DNA of 64,000 nucleotides from a virus. The DNA lies in IMG/VR virus record IMGVR_UViG_3300012953_000013, positions 32,001-96,000 of that record; one strand, 5' to 3'. A model generated the notes under the pieces. It was not told the origin of the DNA, searched no databases, and saw nothing but the letters and a program-made list of their open reading frames with translations. Each line of letters begins with the position of its first letter. Position 1 is the stretch's first letter. Made by a program: the position numbers and the translations under genes. Positions 37,680 to 45,806 of the stretch are shown here, in pieces.

Positions 37680-37690
37680 GCAAAAAATAT

Positions 37691-38503
37691 CTAATCTACC
37701 ATTCTCTTTTTAAGCTCTTTAGCCGAATTGACTTCACCAACAATAATTGGAGCATCAACCCCTCCTCCAGAATCTGGAGAATCTGAAGGATCAGATTTCT
37801 TTAGTCTTTTACGGGGTTTTTCCTTTGGAGCTGCACCCATTTCTACATTATAAGGTGCAATACTCGGTTTGGAGATTTTCTCTACTTCAGTATCTCCAGT
37901 GATTATCTGAGCTATACCATCTAAAAAAGCTTTTAAAGCAATTTTTTCAGGACCAGACAATCCTTCCCACCAAAAGTCAAATCTCTCTTTGACCTCTCCG
38001 TCTTTAAGAGACTTACCAGCCCTAATAATATTAAGCATTTTAGAAATATCTTCTGGCTCCATAGCCGAAGGTAGCTTTTGAGCTTTAACTGTGGGAGAAG
38101 CTTGGTCTTCAGGGGTTTGCTTAGGGGTTTCTTCAGTCGCATCCTCTTGTTCATCTTGAACAGATTCATCATTTTTTTCCGCTCTTAAACCAAGCTTATC
38201 AATCTTATCAGAAGTTTTAGACTGCTTGCTTTTCTCACTTTCAGTCATTATTTTTTCTAGCAAAATATTAACTGAGTCATTGGTCGCAGCTCTTATAAGA
38301 TTGTCTAGAAAAGAGGGCTGAAAATTGGCAATATTACTCTCTTTAACTTGCTTTTTTCGACCGTGTAAGTTATTAGCTTCAGCTTCTTGGTCTGAAGTCA
38401 ACCTATTTCTTTTTGTCATTTTTCTGCCCAGTGTTATACTTGATTCTATTTTGCCATCTTTCTCTATAGAGTCTATTGTATTCTCTCTGGGGAGAATCGG
38501 CAT
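37691..38503 (-). CDS. Hypothetical protein (the true start may lie downstream)
   Basis: 270 aa, low-complexity linker, conserved-looking LNIIRAGKSL.D core. Confidence 0.6.
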   Translation of the reverse strand: MPILPRENTIDSIEKDGKIESSITLGRKMTKRNRLTSDQEAEANNLHGRKKQVKESNIANFQPSFLDNLIRAATNDSVNILLEKIMTESEKSKQSKTSDKIDKLGLRAEKNDESVQDEQEDATEETPKQTPEDQASPTVKAQKLPSAMEPEDISKMLNIIRAGKSLKDGEVKERFDFWWEGLSGPEKIALKAFLDGIAQIITGDTEVEKISKPSIAPYNVEMGAAPKEKPRKRLKKSDPSDSPDSGGGVDAPIIVGEVNSAKELKKRMVD

Positions 38504-38600
38504 GCTCTTCGGTATATTCCTTAAGACGATCTCTTTTTATACTATCTTTCTTCTCGAAAGAATCCATAAATTTCTTAAAATATTCTGATACGCTCATCAC
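38403..38600 (-). CDS. Hypothetical protein
   Basis: AGGAGG RBS; 65 aa. Confidence 0.65.
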   Translation of the reverse strand: MMSVSEYFKKFMDSFEKKDSIKRDRLKEYTEEHADSPQREYNRLYRERWQNRIKYNTGQKNDKKK

Positions 38601-38613
38601 TAACCTCCTGTTT

Positions 38614-38994
38614 CTAATTATATCTCTTAAGAAACACTGTTATTTGAAGCTCTGTGTTTAATGAATCTACTTCAATTTTAAACATAGATCCAGTAATTAT
38701 ATTCTTCTTAATCTTGATTGTACACCCTGCTCCGGGGTTCATCTTTAAAACGCTGTCTAAAAAACTATCAGAAACTAAAAAAGAAATAGCTAAAAGTTCT
38801 TCAGGATCACTAGAAGCATCAACAGAATATCCCAAAAACTTTCCACTAATGGAATTACTTCCACAAGTGAGATCCACAGATATTTCTGGAAGCGCTTCAT
38901 CTTCAAAATCGATTCTCCCAAGTAGAGAATCACTTACTATCAAGTTATCTGGATTTTTTAAAACTCTTTGAAGTTCTTTGTCATTACCGCTCAT
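38614..38994 (-). CDS. Hypothetical protein
   Basis: 126 aa, coupled to the upstream gene. Confidence 0.6.
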   Translation of the reverse strand: MSGNDKELQRVLKNPDNLIVSDSLLGRIDFEDEALPEISVDLTCGSNSISGKFLGYSVDASSDPEELLAISFLVSDSFLDSVLKMNPGAGCTIKIKKNIITGSMFKIEVDSLNTELQITVFLKRYN

Positions 38995-39358
38995 AATCTA
39001 TTACATCCTTATAGATTTGATCGAGCTCTTCTGCATATTCTAAATCTAACTCTGTTATTTCTTCAACTGAGTGAGTGTATACTTCAACTACTATTTTGTT
39101 GCCCTCTATTTTAATAGACCCGTTATGCGAAACTGATTGCTCATATTGCAGAACCTCTTTAACGAATTGCAGAACTTGGTTAGAGCCCTTAAAACTGAAA
39201 GACCTTGATAACCTTTGGGGTTTATCTAAAGTTATCCAAACGGGATCACGCTGTGGCTGTATTGGAAATTCTTTATTAATTTTTCCAAAAAGAGAATCTT
39301 TTATCTCAGCCTGAGTTGATTCATTTAGATATTCTTTCATGAGCAAAGTTAAGTTCAT
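38984..39358 (-). CDS. Pterin-4a-carbinolamine dehydratase-like protein with N-terminal extension
   Basis: W......LSRSFSF......FV..V...E....HN..I......V.V.VYTHS...ITELD...A. Confidence 0.8.
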   Translation of the reverse strand: MNLTLLMKEYLNESTQAEIKDSLFGKINKEFPIQPQRDPVWITLDKPQRLSRSFSFKGSNQVLQFVKEVLQYEQSVSHNGSIKIEGNKIVVEVYTHSVEEITELDLEYAEELDQIYKDVIDYER

Positions 39359-40521
39359 TTCTTACCAGTTTTTTCATATTGTGGAAATAGGTCTAAAAAT
39401 AGTCTATATTGTTCTGGATCTTCTTGTTTAAGAAGCTCTACAAATTCTTTGTCTGCTTGTTTTTCGTCAGACACCTCAGCTCTTGCTTTTGCCAAAAGCC
39501 TTTTCATATCGCTTTTTCGAAGCCGCTTAGTGTAAGTCACAATATCAGCAAGAAAGTGTTGGTTCAGATTTTTATCAGCTTTTAAAGCATCTTTTACTAT
39601 TTTCTTAAACAAAAAAGTTCTCAAAACTCTAAGCACTTCTGGATCGTTAAAAGTCGGATCAATTTCTACAAAATGATAGGAAATATAGTCTGTAGCGTCT
39701 TTAAGATCTTCATCATCTACATCTCCAATGTGTTGTAGATAATTAGCAAAAAGCCTTTGCAGCCCGACTGTTACTCCAGAATCACCAGATTTTCCATAAT
39801 AAGGAGCAACATATTTTCCTTTTATTTCTCTCTTATTCGACTGATAAAACTCTTCAAATTCTTCGTCTTCTTTTTTAGACTTCATTCCAGAAGGAGCTCC
39901 CTCGCCGGCTTCCATCGCTTCAAGCTCTTCTTCAGTTGGTTCCCGATCTTCGTCACCATAAAGAGCGTCGTAGTGATTTCCAAGCTTAATACTTCCCCAA
40001 TCACTCATCGCTTCATTAAGCAACAAATCTCTAATTATTTTTCTTAATCTATTTTCGTAAGTTTTCATATTTCCAGTAGCTCCCACTAATTCGGATTCTA
40101 ATTCAGCTTCATCAGCTTCTTCTTCTTCCTGTTCTTCAGTAGGTTCTTCATCATCGTCGTCTTCTACATCGAGAGATCCAACAGCTTCTAGTTCTCGCTT
40201 AACAACATTGTAAAAATCATCTACTTTAGAATCAGGAACTTCTCCTCCAATAGCAGCCAAAGCACTACTCAAAGCAGCGGGATTGTTTGGAGAATATTCT
40301 TCATCATCAATAGGGGGTTTTTCGATAGCTATCCTGTTGGGCATTAGATCAGATGGCTCAACTGGTAAATCTACTTCTCCCCACGCAATAGGGTCTCCAG
40401 AGTCTTTGGGAATAGGTTGACCGCCCTGCCCTTTTGGATGCGACATATACTCTGATCCGTATTTTTGCCAAACATCTTCAAATAGAATTTTTCGAGCTGT
40501 AGCTCTTAGTTTATCACTCAT
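39355..40521 (-). CDS. Acidic hypothetical protein (probable virion protein)
   Basis: RKILFE and LRKIIRDLLLNE motifs. Confidence 0.65.
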   Translation of the reverse strand: MSDKLRATARKILFEDVWQKYGSEYMSHPKGQGGQPIPKDSGDPIAWGEVDLPVEPSDLMPNRIAIEKPPIDDEEYSPNNPAALSSALAAIGGEVPDSKVDDFYNVVKRELEAVGSLDVEDDDDEEPTEEQEEEEADEAELESELVGATGNMKTYENRLRKIIRDLLLNEAMSDWGSIKLGNHYDALYGDEDREPTEEELEAMEAGEGAPSGMKSKKEDEEFEEFYQSNKREIKGKYVAPYYGKSGDSGVTVGLQRLFANYLQHIGDVDDEDLKDATDYISYHFVEIDPTFNDPEVLRVLRTFLFKKIVKDALKADKNLNQHFLADIVTYTKRLRKSDMKRLLAKARAEVSDEKQADKEFVELLKQEDPEQYRLFLDLFPQYEKTGKK

Positions 40522-40592
40522 GGAAACCCTCCAGATAATAACTATTAATCTGAATCAGATAATAATAAGAAACTTCAATTAAGAAATATAAA

Positions 40593-41045
40593 TCAAGGAG
40601 TGTTTACAGCGTAGGTAACTCCAACAGTTGTAGCTGTACCTATTACTAACCCGATTGCAGTCCAAAAAACAGGATGCTCATACCATTGAGGAGGACTGTA
40701 TTGTTCTTGCAGAAACTCAATTTGCTGGTCTCTTATCAAAAGCCTCTGGTTGTAGAGCTCTGTAGACGTGTCAAATCTAATCTGCAGTTGATCTATATTG
40801 AGTTGAAGTTCTGCTTCTTTTAACCCAACAGCCCTGGTAATCCTTAAATTACAAGACTCTTCTGTTAATTGCAACTCCGCCAGCATTCTTGCAGTAGCTT
40901 CTGTGTTAAAGAGAGTACCAGTAAATGGGGCTGGATCTCCCTCGGTAACAGTTGCTACTTGCTCATCTGCAAAAGCAGGGAGGGGAATTAACAAAGATTG
41001 TGCTAAAAAAGCAACAAGTGTAAAATGTGCAATAAAAGACTTCAT
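40593..41045 (-). CDS. Envelope protein: signal peptide, coiled coil and C-terminal TM (spanin-like topology)
   Basis: Signal peptide ending PAFA-D; C-terminal hydrophobic helix. Confidence 0.5.
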   Translation of the reverse strand: MKSFIAHFTLVAFLAQSLLIPLPAFADEQVATVTEGDPAPFTGTLFNTEATARMLAELQLTEESCNLRITRAVGLKEAELQLNIDQLQIRFDTSTELYNQRLLIRDQQIEFLQEQYSPPQWYEHPVFWTAIGLVIGTATTVGVTYAVNTP

Positions 41046-41079
41046 AATATAATCTTATTGCCAAAGTTATTGGAGTAAA

Positions 41080-42177
41080 TTAACCGTTTAAGATACCAGC
41101 CAATTTATTCCATCTTTCCATAATTCTCTGGTCTGTAGAGCTAACACTTTCTTTTTGCTGGTTTCCTAGAGCGTTTCCGATTGCTGTCAAAGCAGGAATC
41201 AAATCATCAGCGTTTCCATCAACTACATGCACGTTACTATGGTTAAGACCGCCGCCAGTACCGATAAAAGCTCCAGACCACCGGTGGTGACCATCTAAAA
41301 TCTCTCCAGCGGAAGTTACAAAAGCCCCGCCCATATCTGAAAGATCTGTATTTCCAGTCCCTTGGAGGAAGGCAAACAAGAGAGATTTACCGGCAAGAAT
41401 ATTACTTTGGGTTGGAACCATCTTGGAGTTAGCAAGAGATCCACCGACTTGAACTTGAATGTTGTCATCTTTTTCGTTGCCATCATGCTTTCCTTTAACT
41501 AGAAAAGCGAGGGCTTTACCAACAGGATCTGCGCCACCGCCAGCACCGACTAACTTTCCAGGCCCAGGGAATTTATCTTCTTTAAAAAGACCCTCTTTTT
41601 TTACCTCTGGTTCTTTTCCACCAGCTATAGCTTCTTGATCTTTGTCTGATAGAGAACTTATCCAAGCATCAACACTCTCTTCCCCACCAGCATAATCTGC
41701 TTCGAGGTCTATGTTGAATCTTCCGCCCGGAGACAGGGCGTCTTTAACAGCAGGAGCGTCGTCGCCTTCAAGAGCAGGCATCTGGTTCTTGGGTAGGCCG
41801 CTTCCTGGCAAAGCACTTCCGACTTTAGATATTCTAGAAGCTAACTCGCTCTCTCCTGTCTCTTCAGCCCAAGCCTTGATAGCCTCTGCTCCACCGGCTT
41901 TTCCAACTGCACCTGCAGACCAGCTTGTTGCATTCATCATAGCTTGGATAAGAGGAGCGTTTTCATCTCCAGAACTTAACTGCTTATAAGCTTCAGCCCC
42001 ATCAAGGTCAGCAATATTAGTACTAGTGTCAACAGCAGCAAAATTGGCCGCAGCCTCTTCTTCTTGTTCTCTTAATACAGCTCTATATTCTTCTAAAATA
42101 ATCTTTCTAAGATCTCTTGAATCAATTTTTTTAGCTGGCTTCTTAAAGCCATAAATTTCCGAAAGCGTCTTTGCCAT
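41080..42177 (-). CDS. Hypothetical virion-type protein with a ParB/Srx-like C-terminal domain
   Basis: MVPTQSNI...ILDGHHRW; LRKIILEE; RWNKLAGI. Confidence 0.65.
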   Translation of the reverse strand: MAKTLSEIYGFKKPAKKIDSRDLRKIILEEYRAVLREQEEEAAANFAAVDTSTNIADLDGAEAYKQLSSGDENAPLIQAMMNATSWSAGAVGKAGGAEAIKAWAEETGESELASRISKVGSALPGSGLPKNQMPALEGDDAPAVKDALSPGGRFNIDLEADYAGGEESVDAWISSLSDKDQEAIAGGKEPEVKKEGLFKEDKFPGPGKLVGAGGGADPVGKALAFLVKGKHDGNEKDDNIQVQVGGSLANSKMVPTQSNILAGKSLLFAFLQGTGNTDLSDMGGAFVTSAGEILDGHHRWSGAFIGTGGGLNHSNVHVVDGNADDLIPALTAIGNALGNQQKESVSSTDQRIMERWNKLAGILNG

Positions 42178-42188
42178 TTTAATATCTC

Positions 42189-42629
42189 CTATGCGAAATC
42201 GCCATTAACTAGTTTACCAGACACAGATTTCATAGCAGCTAATACTACCTTACGAATCTCTACTGTTATATCATTTTCTAAATCATACGACGCTGCGTCC
42301 ACTTGCTCTCTCCACCAATCTTTGGCTTCAGCCTGGCTCATTTCACCGTCATTTGTCATGGAAGGATCACCGGGATCATAGGCGCTCATTTCCATATCAT
42401 GCCACTTATCGACTAATTCTCCAACAGAGCTGTCCCAAGCAATTCTTGGCCAATGGTGGTCTCCATTAGATCCATCTGGATTTTCTAAATCGATTTCGTC
42501 TAGACTCCCAGACTCATTTTCTGTATCAAGACCTGGCTTAACTCCGCCACCAGCCTCAGTTTCTTCTAGAAGAATTCTAATTTTTTCTTCTTTAATAATT
42601 CTTCGCAATTGATTCTTGGATAATTTCAT
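42189..42629 (-). CDS. Acidic hypothetical protein (probable virion protein)
   Basis: MKLSKNQLRRIIKEE N-terminus. Confidence 0.7.
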   Translation of the reverse strand: MKLSKNQLRRIIKEEKIRILLEETEAGGGVKPGLDTENESGSLDEIDLENPDGSNGDHHWPRIAWDSSVGELVDKWHDMEMSAYDPGDPSMTNDGEMSQAEAKDWWREQVDAASYDLENDITVEIRKVVLAAMKSVSGKLVNGDFA

Positions 42630-42648
42630 TATAGCGCTCCCGTATGCA

Positions 42649-43062
42649 TTAATTATATAGCTTAAAGCCCATTATTTCAGATATCTTTTCAGTCAACACT
42701 TCTGGGTCTTCTTCTGACTCTTTTAATAAAGCGTCGATTTTCTCTTTTTTATCTTCTTCCAAGTCATCAGAAAGCTCTGCATATCTTTTTTCGACATCTT
42801 CGATAGTTTTTTTGTATTTATCATTTGCTTTCTGAAGCTCTTCTATTTCTTTGAGACGCGATTTTTCAATCGCGTCCAACTCTTTTTCGTGATCTTCTCT
42901 GATTCTGCTTAAAACTTTTCCAGCACCAGAGCCTCTTCCAGCCAAAATCATTATAACAATTGGAATAGCAGCGCCTACTAATAGCTGCCAATATTTCTTA
43001 CACCAAGCCCAGGCTTTTTTAAGCCACGTCTTGAATGTTAGCCATGCGATTGCCGCAGTCAT
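42649..43062 (-). CDS. TM-anchored coiled-coil protein (possible inner-membrane spanin)
   Basis: N-terminal TM then a long charged coiled coil; adjacent to a holin-like gene. Confidence 0.45.
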   Translation of the reverse strand: MTAAIAWLTFKTWLKKAWAWCKKYWQLLVGAAIPIVIMILAGRGSGAGKVLSRIREDHEKELDAIEKSRLKEIEELQKANDKYKKTIEDVEKRYAELSDDLEEDKKEKIDALLKESEEDPEVLTEKISEIMGFKLYN

Positions 43063-43316
43063 TATCTTTTAAACCCGTGCTTCCAAGAAACTGCAGCATC
43101 TATAACAGTTTGACCACCGATATAAATAGCTGCAATCATTCCCCAGATATCCGGAGTAAGTGTACTCCATATCATCAAACCAGTTGCTGTCAAGAAAACA
43201 AAAAACTTTCTAGAAATCATCCGACCCAAAATTTGGTCTAAAATCCCAAGTTTTTCTCCCTCAATCAAAGCCTTGGCTTCTTTAATATCAATATTATTAT
43301 CTGCCATGTTTATCAT
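43062..43316 (-). CDS. Two-TM holin-like protein
   Basis: SRKFFVFLTA...W..IAAIYIGGQ..ID pattern. Confidence 0.5.
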   Translation of the reverse strand: MINMADNNIDIKEAKALIEGEKLGILDQILGRMISRKFFVFLTATGLMIWSTLTPDIWGMIAAIYIGGQTVIDAAVSWKHGFKR

Positions 43317-43325
43317 CTCAATCTC

Positions 43326-43640
43326 CTAATTCCAGTTATTTCCATCGTCGTCATCGTCATCATCTTTATCTCTGAAAGAAAAACGGAATTCATTTTTGTT
43401 GACAGGTTTCATCAACGCATAAAGTACATCTTGGAGACTGGTAACCTCTTCAGCTAATCCTTGATAAGTGGTAAGAATTAGCTGCAAAGAAACTTGAACG
43501 TCTTTGAGGTTTGTTTTTATTTGTTCAAGCTCTAAATTACTTTGGAGTAACTTGTTTTCAAGCTCTGAGTTTTTGAGCGTCATCTCCTGAACTCTCTTTT
43601 CTAACTCACTATAGTTCCCTTTAAAAAATTTATCTAACAT
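43326..43640 (-). CDS. Coiled-coil hypothetical protein
   Basis: Heptad Leu pattern; acidic tail. Confidence 0.6.
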   Translation of the reverse strand: MLDKFFKGNYSELEKRVQEMTLKNSELENKLLQSNLELEQIKTNLKDVQVSLQLILTTYQGLAEEVTSLQDVLYALMKPVNKNEFRFSFRDKDDDDDDDGNNWN

Positions 43641-43924
43641 CAGCGACCCTCCAGAGGGTTTTCTTGATTGATCGCGTCAAAAATACTTTCAGCATCTGTT
43701 GAGTTGACTTTCTTTTCAAAAACCCTGTTCTTTTTATTATATTCGATTTCATCAAGAAATTTAGTAAGGGTCTCATCCCCATCAACTATTTTCACTGCAA
43801 GAAATTCAAAAACCTCCTGCATAGAAAGCTCTCTCTTAAACAAAGCCATTCTAAACTCTGTGTGAGTGTCTTTGTTAAGATTTATATGAATTGATTTTTT
43901 AAGTTGAAAGGGACTTGATGTCAT
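43640..43924 (-). CDS. Ribbon-helix-helix-like DNA-binding protein
   Basis: KKSIHINL (strand) followed by two helices with SMQEVF. Confidence 0.55.
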   Translation of the reverse strand: MTSSPFQLKKSIHINLNKDTHTEFRMALFKRELSMQEVFEFLAVKIVDGDETLTKFLDEIEYNKKNRVFEKKVNSTDAESIFDAINQENPLEGR

Positions 43925-44652
43925 TAAACAGCTCCGCCTCCACCGCCACCGCCAGCGCCAACTGCAAGCGGAGCAGCTACTTCTATGTCTTCTAATTCTT
44001 CTATCTCTGAATCAAAATCTAAATCATGGCGCAATCTCAAAATTTCTGCAAAAGCTTCAGCAACTTCTTCACCATACTTTATCATTAAAAACTCTTTTGC
44101 TTTGTTAAAGATAATAGATTCCATATCCATTAAAGTTTGATAATTCATTATCAGTCTTGCGACGTCACTGGAAAAAAGCTCAATATCTAATTCATTCTCT
44201 GAAACGATTTCTTCTTCGACTGTTGCTGGTTCTTCTTGCTCAAACAGCAAATCACTCAAATTTCTACTGTACCACTCGTTAGTAGAGTCTGTGACAACAT
44301 CTTCTACGACTTCTTCTTTTGCAATTACGTGAATTTGAGCGCTTTTTAAAGCATTCACTTCATAATCTTGAAGTATTGAATCGAGCGCTATATCGAATTG
44401 TTTTCCAAGCCTGACTTCGTCTCCAGCTTCAATAGCGACAACTTCTTCTTCTTCTTCAGCTGCTGCTTCGCCTTCTTCGCCGCCTTCTTCGCCAGTATCT
44501 TCAGCTGCTTCATCACCTTCAGCTGCTTCATCGTCTCCGTCTGCTGCATCATCGCCGCCAGCGTCGTCTCCGAACAAATCTTCTTCTTCATCTTGCTCAG
44601 TCAATAAGTTATATTGGCGTTGAAAAAATTCTTTTAGTTGTTCTCTTTTCAT
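43924..44652 (-). CDS. Highly acidic hypothetical protein (possible scaffold or core protein)
   Basis: D/E/A/G-rich linker; LLTE and LLFE motifs; poly-Gly tail. Confidence 0.7.
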   Translation of the reverse strand: MKREQLKEFFQRQYNLLTEQDEEEDLFGDDAGGDDAADGDDEAAEGDEAAEDTGEEGGEEGEAAAEEEEEVVAIEAGDEVRLGKQFDIALDSILQDYEVNALKSAQIHVIAKEEVVEDVVTDSTNEWYSRNLSDLLFEQEEPATVEEEIVSENELDIELFSSDVARLIMNYQTLMDMESIIFNKAKEFLMIKYGEEVAEAFAEILRLRHDLDFDSEIEELEDIEVAAPLAVGAGGGGGGGAV

Positions 44653-45365
44653 TTTAAAACCTTTGAAACTTTTTCTGCATTTTTAAATCTACCTTCGATA
44701 ACAGACCAATTAAATTGTTTCATCATCGCATATATAAACGCTTTTTTATCATCTAAATAATCTCTATAGTAAGCATGCTCCCACATGTCCATGACAATAA
44801 CTGGGTAGCAGTTAATTGGAACATGCAGACTGTGAAGGTCTACTACTACATTCATATACCTTTTTAGAAAACCATTATAAACTGTAATTGCCCACCCATT
44901 TCTAGAAGCTAGGCAGCAAGCAATAAAGTCTTTTTGCCACGCATCAAAAGTTCCAAAATCTCTTTCGAGCCTAATAAATGAAAGGGTGTCCATCGAAACT
45001 TTAGAATGGAGGTCTGATATGTTTTCAAAATAAAGAGCATGCAGAAAAGCAGCATTGCAATTGTAAGTCTCGTCTTGCTTTAAAGACCTGAATTGAGAGT
45101 CTCGAGAATTTACTCCATCTCTGTCAACTGTGTCTAATTGAGCAGAAACTTCATTCAGAGTTTCAACATATTGCTCGAAAAGATTCTGATGAGACTGTTT
45201 TGCTTTGTTACTCAAAAGTTCTGTTTGCAAGCTAAACTTTTTAGCTTGAGTTACATAAGCTTCTTGTAGGCTTTCTGATGGAGGAAGGCCGAGGCCCTCT
45301 CTAATTGTGGTTACCACTTCTTCAGAGAGCGTATTTGTTTTTTTGTCATTTTTGTCGTTGGCCAT
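44649..45365 (-). CDS. Fe/Mn superoxide dismutase-like protein
   Basis: H..L...Y, LH.LYF, FGTFDAWQ.DF, GWA and MDMWEHAYY metal ligands. Confidence 0.9.
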   Translation of the reverse strand: MANDKNDKKTNTLSEEVVTTIREGLGLPPSESLQEAYVTQAKKFSLQTELLSNKAKQSHQNLFEQYVETLNEVSAQLDTVDRDGVNSRDSQFRSLKQDETYNCNAAFLHALYFENISDLHSKVSMDTLSFIRLERDFGTFDAWQKDFIACCLASRNGWAITVYNGFLKRYMNVVVDLHSLHVPINCYPVIVMDMWEHAYYRDYLDDKKAFIYAMMKQFNWSVIEGRFKNAEKVSKVLK

Positions 45366-45398
45366 GTAATAATCCTCAATATTATTAACTATTAGACT

Positions 45399-45806
45399 CT
45401 AATCTAATTCGTAATCTTTTTCAAACTCGTCTTTATCTATAATATAGAGAGTTTCTTCTTCGTCTTCTTCAGTGGAGTCTATTTCAGCTTCTTCGTCTTC
45501 TGGAGCAGTTTCTTGATTCGAAAATTGCCTTGGATGATTATCCGGTAGGTGACCATCCATGATTACACCTTCTTCACCCTCTGGTTCAACGCGGGGCTCT
45601 TCAGGGTCTCTTAAAACAACTTGTATTCCATCTTCATCAGATACCACATCATCAACAGTATATTCGTATCCACTGTCTTTATGCCTGACCTTTAAATCTT
45701 TAGAAACTATAATGTTCCCTTGGTCGTCTAAAACATCTACTTCAGAAAGAGCATTAACTAATTTCTTCGTGTATTCTTCTAGTAAAACTTTTCTTAATTT
45801 AATCAT
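45399..45806 (-). CDS. Acidic hypothetical protein
   Basis: Likely start MIKLRKVLLEE at 45806, overlapping the upstream stop. Confidence 0.65.
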   Translation of the reverse strand: MIKLRKVLLEEYTKKLVNALSEVDVLDDQGNIIVSKDLKVRHKDSGYEYTVDDVVSDEDGIQVVLRDPEEPRVEPEGEEGVIMDGHLPDNHPRQFSNQETAPEDEEAEIDSTEEDEEETLYIIDKDEFEKDYELD

